From the NCBI RefSeq assembly GCF_009914755.1, contig NC_060928.1: a stretch of DNA of 64,000 nt. The stretch is one strand, 5' to 3'. Below the pieces are notes generated by a model. That model ran no database searches. It worked only from the letters and a program-made list of their open reading frames with translations, and was not told the origin of the DNA. The DNA is from the human T2T-CHM13v2.0 reference genome, Homo sapiens. A program made the position numbers and the translations under genes. Shown here one piece after another: positions 45,976 to 62,455 of this stretch; within the stretch, counting starts at the first letter, position 1, and each line of letters opens with the position of its first letter.

Positions 45976-46267
45976 AGTAAAAGGAATGCAGTGATAGGAA
46001 TATCATGAGGCATTAAATGCAGGGATAATAAAGAATGATTTTTTAAATAAGAAATTTTCTTCTTTCTAGTTTAATGTATTAAAATGTGTTTATATAATTG
46101 TATATTTTATTGTTATATTACTGTGTTTTTCTGCATCACGTTTATAACATGGCTAAACTACATTATATCCATTTGTAATAAAAAATCTTACTCTGCTTTG
46201 TTATAGTATTAACTTATAAGTATACATTCAAGCTATAAGTAAATTACTCAGAATCAAAAGCAATTTG

Positions 46268-46590
<323 letters not shown>

Positions 46591-47894
46591 TTACCTTGCA
46601 TTTCTATAATTGTAAAACATAGAAATATTAACATAGCTATTAGAGATTATTCAGTGTTGCCTTGAGGCTCCAGTTAAAACAACAGAAATGAATACACTCC
46701 TCAAGTTTTAAACACAATGAAATGTTATGAACTATTTTTAAGAGAAAAATCCCTACCTACTTGTGTAACGAATTATTGCTATGTGTTAATGATATATGTT
46801 GACATAGCTCATATATAGCACATACATTGAGCAATAAATATTGAAATGTTTTCTTTATTCATGCTAGCCCTTTTCAATCCATTTTAAACATTTAAGGGGC
46901 TTTGTCATAAAATAATTTTTTATTAAAGTGAATTGTATATAAATCCCATTTTGCAATGACTATTTTTTTAAAAGACAAAGAAGAGAATGATAAATGAGCT
47001 TTCTGCTATTGATCTATTCAGCCACAGGGTGTCATTCTTGGAGTACAGATTAGCCTGTCTAGAAGCAATACTCTGGCAGCAGATACCAAACACCATATCA
47101 TATTCAGTATGTTGAATACATAATGAAAGCTCCTGACTTTTAGCCTAATTTAATACTTCTTTATACTCAGCAAACTACATCATTAGACATTTTCCAGATC
47201 TGTTTTGTAATTTTTAAATTATCTTTAGAATAAAAGCATGAAGACAACAAACAAAATTTCTAGTCGACTCAACCTCAGTGAATTGAATTAGATTGCTAGT
47301 CTTGGGAAGATAGTGAGAGAAAATATACAATCGGTACTGCTCTCTTATATTCAGAGAGAGTTATAAGGAAAAACAACGAAGTTGACAGATAGCCATACTT
47401 ATAAAAAGCATTTTCCCTTTAAAAGTTATTTCCATTTATTTCATCAAACTAATAGATTATATCGCACCAGTACATGGCTCAAGAAAACTCCAAACATGCT
47501 TGGTATAGCTATTTTATGCTGAATTTGCAAAGCGTTCTAGGCCGAAAGTTAACATAGACTATGGAACTATAGTCTCACCCAAATCAGTTTAAACTTGGCA
47601 CCAAGTATCCCACTTTGTCTTCTCCCACATTGGGTACAACTCATCTGAAAAAGGGTAACTTTAACCATGGTGCATAAGTCATGAAAATGGCTTGGAAAGA
47701 CCTCATTAAAATGGGGCCAGATAAAGGTTAAGAAAAAGGTGATATTAACCTGACACTTTGCTTCTCTCTTCTTTAATCACTGGTAATGTGGGGACACTTA
47801 AACCTCTATCATAAACTTAGATGGAAATTCCCTCATGCCTACTTACATTGCTCCCAGCCCATCATCATGTGTAGAAAACAGATCAATGTTTTAC

Positions 47895-48590
47895 TCCTTC
47901 ATTCAGAGAGCTTTTTTCAAATATGATCCCATAATAGAGAGAAAACCAGACATGATTCACGTACTCATGCAGCTTAGTCTCTAGTGAGTGAGAGAGACAT
48001 GAATCAACCACGCAAGTAAGACATAACATTCCAATGTGGTTAGTGCTAAGAAAGAGAAACACACCACAGTGCTACAAATGCTTATTTAATTGGGAATTTT
48101 ACCCATGACTAGAGAAGAATTTCCTGAGTTAGCCAGGGCAGAGCTAGGGTATGGTCAATGAGTAATACTAACGAATCAAATAGAGAACAGAGAGAGATCA
48201 AGTCTGGAGCCTGTCAGGAAGACAGTATCATGAGCTCCAGTAACTGAAGAGGTTCAGGTCTCGTCAAACAGATGGTGAAGACAATGTGGTGGAAAAGGCT
48301 GAAATGGTAGTCAATAAGTCATGTCAAGGATTTCGGTCTTTGCTTTTTGGTCTTTATCCTAAGAGCAAGAGGAAGCCGATGAATGTTTCCAAGCAAGAGA
48401 AGGATGAGGGAGGGAAAAGTGTTGAATATTCTAAGGTGCAGATTTGCACTTTGAGAAAGATTATTCTGTTTAGGATGCAAAAGGAATTTTTAGTGGACAA
48501 AGTTGGAAAACCAGTTACAAGCTAGAAGTTGGCGGCTTGTATTAAAGAAACAAAAGTTAAAAATCGAAATAAGATGGACTTGAGACATAT
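47895..48590 (-). mobile_element. L2 fragment
   Basis: TACTCATGCAGCTTAGTCTCTAGTG...CTTTATCCTAAGAGCAAGAGGAAGCC...TTTGAGAAAGATTATTCTG. Confidence 0.7.
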
Positions 48591-48709
48591 AGAAAGGAAT
48601 TCCTTACCTATCTAGGGATTCTGTGTGGGGATGAATCTTTGATTTCGTCTCATTAATGGCTGGTGAGACTCCATTGTACAAAAAAAAGTTGATTTAAGGG
48701 ACTACACCT

Positions 48710-48882
48710 GACTGGGTGCAGTGGGTCACACCTGTAATCCCAACACTTTGAGAGGCCAAGGTGGGAAGATTGCTTGGGCCAGGAGTTCGAGACCAGCTGG
48801 GGCAACAAAATGAGAACTTGTCTCTTCCAGAAAATTTTAAAACTTTGTGAGGCATGATGGCTCACACCTGTAGTCCAAGCTG
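48710..48882 (+). mobile_element. AluJ, 3'-truncated (no tail)
   Basis: Left arm plus start of right arm, ends abruptly at CCAAGCTGCTC. Confidence 0.85.
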
Positions 48883-49452
48883 CTCTGGTGCCTAAGTCGT
48901 TCAACATCACCCCAAGAAAGGTAAAAGGAGGTTTCCTGACTTATGGTCACATATTTCAACTACTCATTCATATGTTTAGCTATATATCACCACATACTCC
49001 TCTAAAAATTATTATAACAATTTAGATTTTTACCAAAAAATGGAGACCCAATTGTCCCATGTTCTTGATACCTCTGAGCAATGTCAATCTTTTTTATCTT
49101 GACTTATAAAACTTGGTTTAAAAAAACTTACTCTCTTGTCATTTCCTCAATTAAGAAGCAGTTGAACACATTTTCACAAGTTTGTTAGCTATCTTTGTAT
49201 CTTTTATATGAATTGACTATTTTCATTTGCCCAATGCTAGCACAGTGTTTGACTTTTTCTGAAAGATTTATAAAAGCTATAGTTTTTATGTTTCGTTGCA
49301 AATTATCTTCCTGTTTGTTTAATAAAAGCAAGCTAAGGACCTCTGCTTACCCTCAAACTGTACTATCTGTCACAGCTTCTGCTTCCTCACGATTTTAAAT
49401 TTCCTTATAACTTCAGCTGGTTCATGGCCACTTAGTCCTATTGTCATCTCTA

Positions 49453-49637
49453 TAGGGTTTTTGTATTTAGAAGATAAAATTACAAGACAGCCAATTAAAT
49501 TTGAACTTCAGATAAAACAACACATATTTTTAACTGTAAGTATGTCTCATGAAATATTTGGGACATAACTATGAACTTGCATGTTGTTTATTTAAAATTG
49601 AAATTTAATTAGCTGTTCTGAATTTTTGTGACAACCT
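49453..49637 (+). mobile_element. MER53 (palindromic hAT-type MITE)
   Basis: TAGGGTT..ATTAAATTTGAACTTCAGATAA..GTATGTCTCATGAAATATTTGGGACATA..AAATTGAAATTTAA..ACAACC. Confidence 0.85.
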
Positions 49638-50065
49638 TCTCTCTGTTTCAAGCTACCTAATTCACTCCATATTTGTCCACCCAAATTCCAACAAATAAGA
49701 ATAATATTATTCTATTCTATCCCAATTTGGACAAATAATTTTTAAGTTAATTTATAAGCTGCAAGCCTTCTAATGGATTAATTGCCTTTAAGTGAGTTGC
49801 CCAGGATAGCATTGAAACTAAGGGGGAGCTCCCATCAACAGAATCAGGATTTTATCAGAGAAGAGTGGAAAAGTTATGGACCCCATGACTATTACGTAAA
49901 AAATATATCACTTTTCCACTTAGAGATTTTTTAAAATAAATCTGCAATAATAGTTTTAAATTATAATCATATTTATTTTGTTTTTTTGAGTTTTAAAGTA
50001 TAATATTATTTGATAAAGGCCCTACATCTTCATGTATCTAGATTTTTCAGGAAAATCAAGAATCG

Positions 50066-50574
50066 ATGTGGTAAACTGAATAACAACCCATGAAAAATGT
50101 CTATCTCCTAATCCTGGAATCTGCAAGTGTGTTGCCTTATGTGTCAAAAGGTACTTTGCAAATGTGATCAAAGCATCTTGAAAGGGGGAGATCATTCTGA
50201 ATAATAATTATCCTGGGCCCAGTGTATTCACAGGAGTACTTATGAGAGGGAGGCAGTATAGTTAGATAGTGGGATGATGGGTGCAGAGTTAGAGAGAGAG
50301 AAATTGGAAGATGCTACACTGCTGGCTTTGAAGATGGTGGATGGGGCCAGGAGCTAACGAATGAGGCGGCTTCCAGAAGCTGGAAAAGGAGAGAAAATGA
50401 TTTTCCCCTAGATCCTCCAGAAAGAATGCAGCTCTGCCAACACCTGAACTTTAGCCCATGAGAGCCACTTTTTAGTTTCTGTCCTCCAGAACACTAAGAT
50501 AATAAACAAATGTGTGTTGTTTTAAGTCACTAATCTGTAGTCATTTGTTGCAGCAGCAATAAGAGCCTAATACA
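50066..50574 (+). mobile_element. MLT1D LTR
   Basis: TGTGGTAAACTGAATAA...GCTGGCTTTGAAGATGG...CCTAATACA. Confidence 0.88.
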
Positions 50575-51939
50575 AAGACAATACTCAGAATAGTTCCAGG
50601 TTTTCTTGAATAGCAATATATTTTATTCAATATAAACAAAAGCAGAATAGGAAAAAAATTTCATATTATTCATTTCATTGCTTATTTTAACTACTATATT
50701 TTGACCTATTTAAAAGAAATGAATATATCAAAATAAGACTTGCTACCAAAGAAGAAAGTGCTCTCCCATTATATATCAACTGAAATTAGCAAACCAATAA
50801 ATTTTGTTTGAAGATGTGCTTTTTTCACCTTTGGCTTTCATTATTAAGTATTTTCCAAGAGTAAAGATTTTTGCTGTATAATTAAATTGGAATTATATTG
50901 CTAGAATATATTCCATAAATGTAAATTTAAAAATCTCACATTCTAAAGGCTGATGCATGTAGCCTAAGTCTAGTTAACTTGAACATACATAGGCAAGTCA
51001 AGGGGGGAAATATTAAAATATTATAATTTGAAAAATATGTGTTTTGTTTCTAACACATAATGATATACTCACACTTGAATATTCTATTTAAAGAACTTGT
51101 TGAATCTTTTCTTCTTTTATGCATTCATTTACAGTAACATGCTTTAAAAACAGTCTCAGAGAAAAAAATTACATGCAACTTAACTATACTGTTGTGTTCC
51201 TAATAAAAGAGAAAAATGACATGTTACAAAGCCATAATTACAGGGAGTTTCAGAAGATATATTTGAAAAGGTCTAGTAGATTAGTACTTAAAATGGTCCA
51301 ACTTCTGTTGAGTTTGCCTTTAATGTTAGGTTGGATATATTTTCAAAAGCAACACATTAGGTTACCAAGCTTACTGTATTTGATCCAAACAATGCCATGT
51401 TTATAACATTATTTACTTTGAAGCTCTGAAATTAAAAAAAAAACTATCTTCTTAACAGTGACCTTTTTCGTTTAAGATTTATTTTGCAAGATTTTAAAAA
51501 TAAATAAATATATATTTATTTATATATAGTAAGAATTTTTTCATTCAATAATATGTTACTATGGTTAAAAATGGAAAATATTCCAAGATATTTATTTGGT
51601 TAGTAAGTTAGTTAATTTTTTTGCTAACATTAATTGATCTCCTATTTAATAGGCATTATGTTACACATATTGTGTGATTCATGTGATGACCTTGTGGAAT
51701 ACACATTCATTATACACATAAGTAAAGTGAGGATGACAGAATTTTACTTGCTTTAAGTCCTGCGATTTTAGCAGTTATATATTTGTATATCAGCTCTCAA
51801 TAATGTTCTGAATTATACTTTGTGAGGGAGGGGTTTAACCAAGGTCCTTAAGTTGATTTTGTAATTGTAATATATAGTACTTAACCTATTAAATCTTTTG
51901 ATTGAGTAGGATATTATCTACTTTGCAATAGCAAGGTGT

Positions 51940-52110
51940 CTGTATCAGCCAGGAGATGCTAGGTTATGCTGTATAAGATACAGCCCCAAAAATCTCAGTG
52001 GGGTTGTTTATTGCTTTATACAATCTACTTTAGATCTATTTTAGAGCTGTACATTTCTCCAGGGCAACTATCCTCAATTTGTTCAGTGTTCCAGTATGCT
52101 CTACATATAA
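51940..52110 (-). mobile_element. MLT1J/K-like LTR fragment
   Basis: TGTATCAGCCAGGAGATGCTAGGTTATGCTG..CCCCAAAAATCTCAGTGG. Confidence 0.6.
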
Positions 52111-53645
52111 TTGTGTTTTCTATACCATTAACACAGACAAACACACACACACACACACCCACAAAGGAAAGTAAATGAAAAGCAAAAGGGATGAGAGATT
52201 AACACAAAAAGAGATTTTAAAATAGTTTCTTTTACAGCTGAAAAGTGAAGGTCAAGAACCAATTAAAAAAATCTGTAAAGCAGAAAAATATACTGCCCAC
52301 AAATAAAAAGAGACCTTTTGCATAAATCTCAAAATAGCACTTAATGTAAACAAGGTTTTTGAGATAAACAAGCAATAAAAATGGTGTTTTTAAAAAGGAG
52401 CCCATTATCCTAAGAAATTGTTACTAATAAAAAATATAAAGAAGCACGAAATGATTTTGTGTGGGTTCTTGAATAACAGTGTTGAAAAACTTCTGAAATA
52501 TATTAGAATCTGCTCAGGCTAGAAAACCACTTCAGACAGGATAAGCAGGCCTTCAACAGCATGTTCTATGAAGTTGCTTTTGGCTAAGAAACATAGGCTC
52601 CATAGACTGTTTCTGCATAAGAATTCTTCATTCCTATATAAGAAGCATTCCTATATAAGAAGCATAAGAATTCTTCATTCCTATATAATTAGCATTGAGA
52701 ATACTGATCTCATTTTTTGTGTGTGCTACAGCTTCTTTTTCTTTTCTTAGATGTAAGCTTACTAGAAAAATCTGGGGACTACACAATGTGTTGTTCATAT
52801 ATACAAGTCTCTCTTATTCCCACAAACATATACATAATAGCTGAAAATTCTCAAAAGAATGCAGGAATTTAAAGTTTTAACTCTAGCACTTCCACATATT
52901 TAGAATATCATTCACTCTCTTTTACTTGCTGTTTTAATCCTGTCTCTTTCTTAGACTTGAAAGACTACATTTTGAAAGCTTAAAACAAATGCAAATTAAA
53001 AAGAAAGTAGTGTTAGCTATTTTGCCACTATTTATCTTTACATATTTTTGTCACCATTAGGATCAGCTTATAGAAGAAATTTGCATCAAAGTGGAATGGC
53101 TAAGCAGAGAGCAAGCATATTGTACTCTTTATTGAGGTATATATATGTATAAAACTCATAAGAAATATTAAAACTTGACTTCTCCTTGCTTGTGTGCTTG
53201 GTTAAATTCCTTTATGAATATAACCAGTATTCTGTCAACTAAAAAATCATCTGTTCATGGAGGTATAGTAAAAGATGTAATGTGCATGCTGTTAATATTG
53301 TATGTTATGTTAAAATATAAATGTTCATTCATTCAGTCTTTTCTTAAGGTGCCAAAGTCTTTACAAGTCTTCTGATTGAGTAACCAGCTATTTCTGGTTT
53401 TATTTTCTTTTAAGTGGAGCAAAACTTAAGATATTTGTTAAGCAATATGAATTAAGGATCCTTCTATATTTTTCCCCAATATTTTCTAGTTGTCCTGTCC
53501 ATGTCTAATTCATGAGTTGTTGGTTTGGTGTTTGTATGTGTGCGCACCTGGGGCCGGTGGGTGGGGCCGGTGGATGGGGCGGAGCATCGGTGGCAGAGCA
53601 GGGTGGAGGTTTAGCCATTAACCCATACATAACTAAGAAAAAGTC

Positions 53646-53920
53646 TTTTTTTGGCGGGGGGGAGGGGTACGGAGTCTTGCTCTGTCGCCCAGGCTGGAGG
53701 GCAGTGGCATGATCTTTCCTCACAGCAACCTCCGTCTCCCGGGTTCAATCGCTTCTCCTGTCTCAGCCTCTGGAGTAGCTGGGATTAGAAGCGCGCCACC
53801 ACGCCTGACTAAATTTTCTACTTTTAGTAGAGACGGTTTCACCATGTTGGCCAGGCTGGTCTTGAACTCCTGACCTCAGGTGATCTGCCTGCCTCGACCT
53901 CTCAAAGTACCGGGATTACA
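53646..53920 (-). mobile_element. AluS, 5'-truncated
   Basis: ACGGAGTCTTGCTCTGTCGCCCAGG...GGGATTACA. Confidence 0.93.
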
Positions 53921-55163
53921 TAAAAAATTTAATGTAATAGTATCCTTATTAGAAAGATTCCTTTAAACTATATATTTATGATTTTCAAGTCATTAATAAA
54001 TTTTGGGATTTTCTCTTAATGTTATACTATAAGATCTCCATATTATCATAATCTATCCATTAATTTATTGGCTACATACTATTCAGTATTGAAAATTATC
54101 ATCTGGCTAAGTAACAGGGATTTTTAATATTCAGTGATATATGGATGATATTTTTCCCCAAATTTTTAATATTATTCTTTAGAAATATTTTTCAACAGCC
54201 TTTCTGATATAGGGTCACACCATTAGAGTCTGTAATTTTAAAAATACTAACATGCTAAGATCTGCCACCCAAGCTGTTTAAATTATGTCTGGGGCAAAGG
54301 GAAAACCCAATCACGTCATAGACATGTATGCTTCCCATTGCTTCAAAGTAGTTCCTTCTGCCTGTGTCTGCATCCATTTAGCAGCCCAAAATGACCAACC
54401 AAACATTTCCTTCAAATCTCCATGTCAACGTTTTTAATACATTGAATAATAATAATAGTTTACTGCCATCTTTGAGGAGCAAAGCAACTTCAGAAATAAC
54501 TATAGTTAATCATTGGTATAATGCTTCACTGAATTGAGAAAATGCTTAAAATGCTTAAAATTTAAGGTTTGCCAAACATTTTTCAATCCATCCTCAAAGA
54601 TTTATACCTAGGCAATAGCTGTCTCCAGGATCAGCAATGTGATTGTGATGGAGGCATCAATTCTCATGCATATTCAAACTCTTTTCATAGCACTATTTTA
54701 GGATCAGGATCCTGAGAATCAATCCTTTGGCAAAGCAAATTCCTGTCCAAGTGATGTAATACAGGACTATGTCATAGCTTTTCTCCTTCCTCTTCTTGAT
54801 TTTAAAATAATCAAATAAAGATTTTTAGATAATTTGGATGCATGTCCTCTTACACAGCACATGGAGGTCAAAGCACTTGATAGCTGGTAGTGAAATTAAG
54901 TTCAAAATAGATATGCTTATCTTCTCTGCATTAATCTAGTTTTGGTGATGATTAATATTAGCTTATTCTTTCTTTTTGCATTTCTGTTGTAACAGTGAAA
55001 ATTCCCACTGAAGTGGAAGGATGCCTCATTTTGATTAGAAAAAATATGAAATATGCATAAGTGCAAATGAGAAACACACACTAATATACAGTATTTAAGA
55101 ACACTATCCTACAGGTAAAAGCTCCCTTTAGTAAATAAGTGTGGTCCCGTAATGACTACTTAC

Positions 55164-57542
<2,379 letters not shown>

Positions 57543-58710
57543 CTATCGGGAAAAAATTAAAATAATTTGTTATGATCTATGCCCAAAACAAAAGGTATAA
57601 ATTTGGAAGACTGTCGTTGTAGATGGAATATACCAAATAACTAAACTCAACTTGTCAAACAATTTGTCTGTTGGCGGGGTGAGAGCGTACATTTGAGTTA
57701 ACTTTCTTTCGGCAGGCTAAATCCGTTCAAAATTAAAACTTGTACAAATTTTACTCAAGTACTTTTGTAATACATAAAGACAATTGAATATTCCTACTTT
57801 CAAAATCCTCAAGGTCATTCCAAACATTTTTTAATGTTTTAAAATGGAAAATAATAGTGTTTAAATCATTATTTGATAATTTGAATGGATTCAAAACTAT
57901 GTCAACAAACATTTACTGACCCTATCTAGAGAAAAGTTCCTATCTCACTGCTGTGAAAAATTGACTAGTACTCAAATGAGTCAATAACATGTTTCAGTAT
58001 CTTCAATTTTTCAACAAAATGTCAACTTTGCTGCCTGAAATACAGAATTTTCACATCTTGAGCAATAGTAGCGATTTCAATATTAGTTATTTACTATTGA
58101 CCTCCTCCCAAAAGTCCAGTTAATGTATACATATCAGAAAATTAATTTTTTATTATTTTAGGTTATCCATAAACCACTAGCATGAAATATATTTGTTATG
58201 TTATTTGAATTCTCCATGCAATGCTAAAATTAATAATATAATCTTATTTTTTATTTAGGTCCAATAAAAGAAAAGACATATGAAAATTGTGCCTTCATCT
58301 TTTAAAAATTGCTACTGAGGACTTTAGCCTTATAGCCATTGCACAATTTTCCGATATTAATATCTGTGTGCAAACTTCGTCTTGGTGAAATTACTTAACT
58401 TTTTAAAAATAAATTATTGCTTGGAAGAACACTTGTATAATCTCACATGCCCTCTCTTGCTCTGTTGTCACTATTTTGACCAATGAACAGTCACAGAGTA
58501 TGTACTGTACTATATGCAAGAATAATGTGATTTTGACAAACTTAGAGTTAATAGGGAGTTTTCAAAATGAATATTCAAATCATTAAAAATATAAATTAAA
58601 AACAGCTATTCTAAATAATTACAAAGTTTTTTTTACACTTTATAAATCTAATAAATAAAATTGTAATTTCAATAGGGCTTTTAATTAATACTTGCCAATT
58701 CCCTTACTTC

Positions 58711-59129
58711 TGATAGAGACAGGAGACAACCACATGCCTCCTAGGTCACTGTGCGCAAGGGGCTTGCCTAAACATGCCCACGATGAAAAATTCCGGCCCT
58801 TTACACATATGCAGTAAGGGAAATAAATCAATGTAGAGTGTCTCAGACTAAGGGCCCGCCTGTGCACTGGGAGAATGGGGTGGAGCCACTGGGAATTCGC
58901 GCATTATGCAGTGGGGTGGAGCCTGGCCTCTTCAGCTCTTGTGGTGTGGCCTCGTATTCAATCCATGAGATGGGAGCCTGTTGGCAGGGCCCCCCCTTTT
59001 TTTGCTGAAAGCTTTCTTTTAATACTGTGCCCTGTTCACCTTTCAATGTGTTTGTGTGCCTAATTTTTCCAGGTCGTGAGACAAGATCCCAGATTTTAGC
59101 TGTATTAAGGAGCAAAAAATCCTGCATCA
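58711..59129 (+). mobile_element. ERV1 solo LTR (MER61-like)
   Basis: TGATAGAGACAGGAG...AAAATCCTGCATCA, 419 bp, approximate 4-bp TSD CTTC/CTTT. Confidence 0.8.
58760..58779 (+). promoter_or_regulatory. Perfect p53 response element
   Basis: GGGCTTGCCT AAACATGCCC = RRRCWWGYYY twice with zero spacer. Confidence 0.8.
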
Positions 59130-60194
59130 CTTTTAGTTATATCTACCCCAATAGAAACAAAACTTTTTCAAATAAACTATTTTGTTAATTTAATGAGCTA
59201 AACATATAAAGTCAAACTTATTATACACATTTTAAGCTTTTTATAGGATTAATAAATGTACATTTAATCTTTTAGCATACTTCCTCAAGTCTATATTCAA
59301 ATTATCAATAATACATTTTAAATTTAAATTGGAGTTAGCAAGTCTAATATGCTAGATTCCTTTAAACAGTTAATCACATTAAACAGCATAACATGTATGC
59401 ACAAATTATTTCCAAAATTAACATAGAAAGGTTTTTTAAAGTTTGGTTTACTTCTCCTTTACATATATATGTCTAATTCTAATCTTTTGTAGTATGAAAA
59501 GATTCCTCAAGGAAATAATTATACTGAGGTTGCTCACCTGCCAGTGATGTCTGCTGAATACTTGATGTTTGATTCAGTTTGCAACATTTACCAACAATAG
59601 AGCTCCTTTACATAATCTGTAAGAGGGACTCTATGACCTTTAAATTGTTATAGACCTTTACATTGTTACCTGGTTTTTCTTCTCTTATTTCCTCATTCTT
59701 CCTTTTACTTAAGAATCCTGCAGCCAGATAGAGATGGTAACTAAGACCTTTACCCTTTCCTTGAATATTGCAATTTTTGACTCCCATAATGCATTTGAAT
59801 GTTTTCCTGTCTGGCTTTAAAAACATTTTTACTTCTATTCCACTGGATCCTTTGTATACATATGGCAGTCTTTCATAGTCTCTTAAATTTATTACCTGAT
59901 TTGTGTGGGCAGAATTCTGTATTCAGTATTCTTTTCACATTTTCCCTGTCTGGTAGACATTTACATACAGTAAATGTCATCAGGTTGAATTCTGTACACC
60001 TCTCATGTACTTGTTTCTGTGGTCATAACCCAAAGTCTTGCTGATAACAGTAGTGCAGAAAGATGAATGAGCTCCTTAATGATGCCCAGGGCAATCATAA
60101 GTAATGGGCCTCCCTTGTCTACATGCTCATAGGGTTTCCCTCCTTCAACTTTGCTTTCTAGGAAATTGTAAGCAGTACTTTGTTCATCACAGTG

Positions 60195-60682
60195 TGTGAT
60201 GGTTAATACTGAGTGTCAGCTTGATTGGATTGAAGAGTGCAAAGTATTGATCCTGAGTATGTCTGTGAAGGTGTTTCCAAAGGAGATTAACATTTGAGCC
60301 AGTGGGCTGGGAAAACCAGACCCACCCTTAATCTGGGTGGGCACCATCTAATCAGCTGCCAGTATGGCAAGAATATAAAGCAGGAAGAAAAATATGGAGA
60401 GATGGAACTGGCCTAGCTGCCCAGCTTACATCTTTCTCCCATGCTGGATGCTTCCTTCCCTTAAACATCGGACTCCAAGTTCTTCAGTTTGGGAACTCAG
60501 ACAGGCTCTCTTTGCTCCTCAGCTTGCAGACATCTATTGTGGGACCTTGTGACAATGTAAGTTAACATTTAATTTTATATATATGATATATTATATATAT
60601 CATATATTATATATTTTATATATGTATATAATATATACATATATATCCTATTAGTTCTGCACCTTGAGAGAACCCTAATACA
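60195..60682 (+). mobile_element. MLT2A1-type 5' LTR
   Basis: TGTGATGGTTAATACTGAGTGTCA...CCCTAATACA with an internal TA-rich tract. Confidence 0.95.
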
Positions 60683-60774
60683 GGTTTTGGTACCAGGAGT
60701 GGTTGTAGAGGAACAGAATATTAAGGTTGGAGTTCTTTCCTTGGTTTTGGGGTTTCTGGAGTTCGCTGCTTAAT

Positions 60775-62455
60775 ATGATTAGACCCAAAAATGCTAAGGA
60801 CTCTACTTCTAATAGTATGGAGAATTCTGATAGTCCTTGGCATTAACCGTTTAGAGAGTTATGCAAAATAAATGCATTTGACATTCCTAATTCACTGCTC
60901 ATGAGAGGCAAGAAGTTTAGTGACTCTATATATAATACCTTTGACCATATGTGGAGAACCAAGGAACATAAAGAAGCTGGTTGGTTGCTCCTACGTTCAG
61001 TGGACAAAGTGATGAAAGAAAATGATAAACTCGGTGCTTCTATCTCCCGGCTTCAGAAGCAGATACTGAGCCTTAAATCTGCTAAGATTGCCCTGAGTGA
61101 GAGTCTTATCTCCTGTAGAGAAAGAGTCAATATTGTGAAAAAACAGACACAAGCTCTTATCATGCCAGTGGCTGACCTGCAATGAAAGGTGCATGCACAG
61201 CCTTGCCAGCTGTCTACTGTTAAAGTTGAGGGCATTGATTGGAAAATAATAAGACCCTGCAACTGGGAATGGGGATGTGTGGAAGGACCTTGATGAAGCT
61301 GGGGACACTGAGTTTGTAAACTCCGATGAACCTTTTTCCCAGAAGAAACAGCTTCCCATCCCCAGTAATGGCTACATCCCCTCGCAATCCATGCTGCCAT
61401 CAGCTTTTCCACCTTTGTCTGAGATGATAAATCCTGCGCTGCCTGAGGCAACAGTGATGGCCTCCCCTGAGGCAGGTGCCTGGCAAGATAATGTTGATTC
61501 TCCTCAGAAGCCACCCACAACACCCCTGTTTGCTTCTAGACCTATAACTGGACTAAAGTCCCAGCGGGCCCCTAAAGGTGAGGTTAAGAGTGTGACCTAA
61601 GAGGAGGAAAGGAATTGCTTGAGCTTTCTAAGTTATATAAACAGAAATCTGGAGAAAAGGCATGGGAATAGATATTAAGGGTGTGGGATGATGGTGGAAG
61701 GAACATAGAGTTGGATCAGGCTGAATTTATTGATTTTTACCCACTAAGTAGGGATACTGCATTTAATGTTGCACCTCAGGGAGTTAAAAAAGGTTTTAAT
61801 AGTTTATGTGCTTGGTTAGCTGAAATATGGATTAAAAGATGACCTACTGAGTGGGATAGAAATGCCTGATCTCCCTTGGTTTAATGTAGAGGAAGGGATC
61901 AAAATGCTTAGGGAGATTGGGATGGTGGAGTGGATTAGTCACTTTAGATCTATTCACCCCATCTGGGAAGATACAGAAGATATACCTTTTTCCAATGTCT
62001 TGTGAAATAGATTTGTGAGGGCAGCACCTGCATCTTTGAAGAGCCCTGTAATTGGTCTTCTCTGTATGTCAGATCTAACAGTGGGAATTGCAGTCACTCA
62101 ACTACAAAATTTAAATACAATGGAAATAATTGGATCCCAAGGTGGCAGGGGCCAAGTGGTGGCACTCAACCATCACAGGCAAGGTGGGCATAGCTACCAT
62201 ACTGGACAGCAGAAGCAAAGCAGCAATCAGAATAGTCTGACTGGTGTGGAGCTCTGGCATTGGCTAATTAGTCACGGTGCTCCTAGATGTGAAATTGATA
62301 GGAAGCCTACTGCATTCCTACTTAATTTATATAAGCAGAAAACTTCTAGATCAAATAGACAAAAGACTCATTTGAATGATAAAAGCAGAGAATCACAGCC
62401 CCTCAGTCAATTTCCAGATTTAAGCCAGTTTATAGACCCAGCACCCCTTGAATGA
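60775..62455 (+). pseudogene. gag: HERV-L gag, disrupted
   Basis: Fragmented ORFs 60901-61185, 61277-61600 and 62015-62455, with stops and frameshifts. Confidence 0.9.

Noticed and set aside
52615-52696. Repeat-spacer-like pattern as a CRISPR array
   Set aside because: Only two or three overlapping units, no unique spacers, no cas genes, and eukaryotic context
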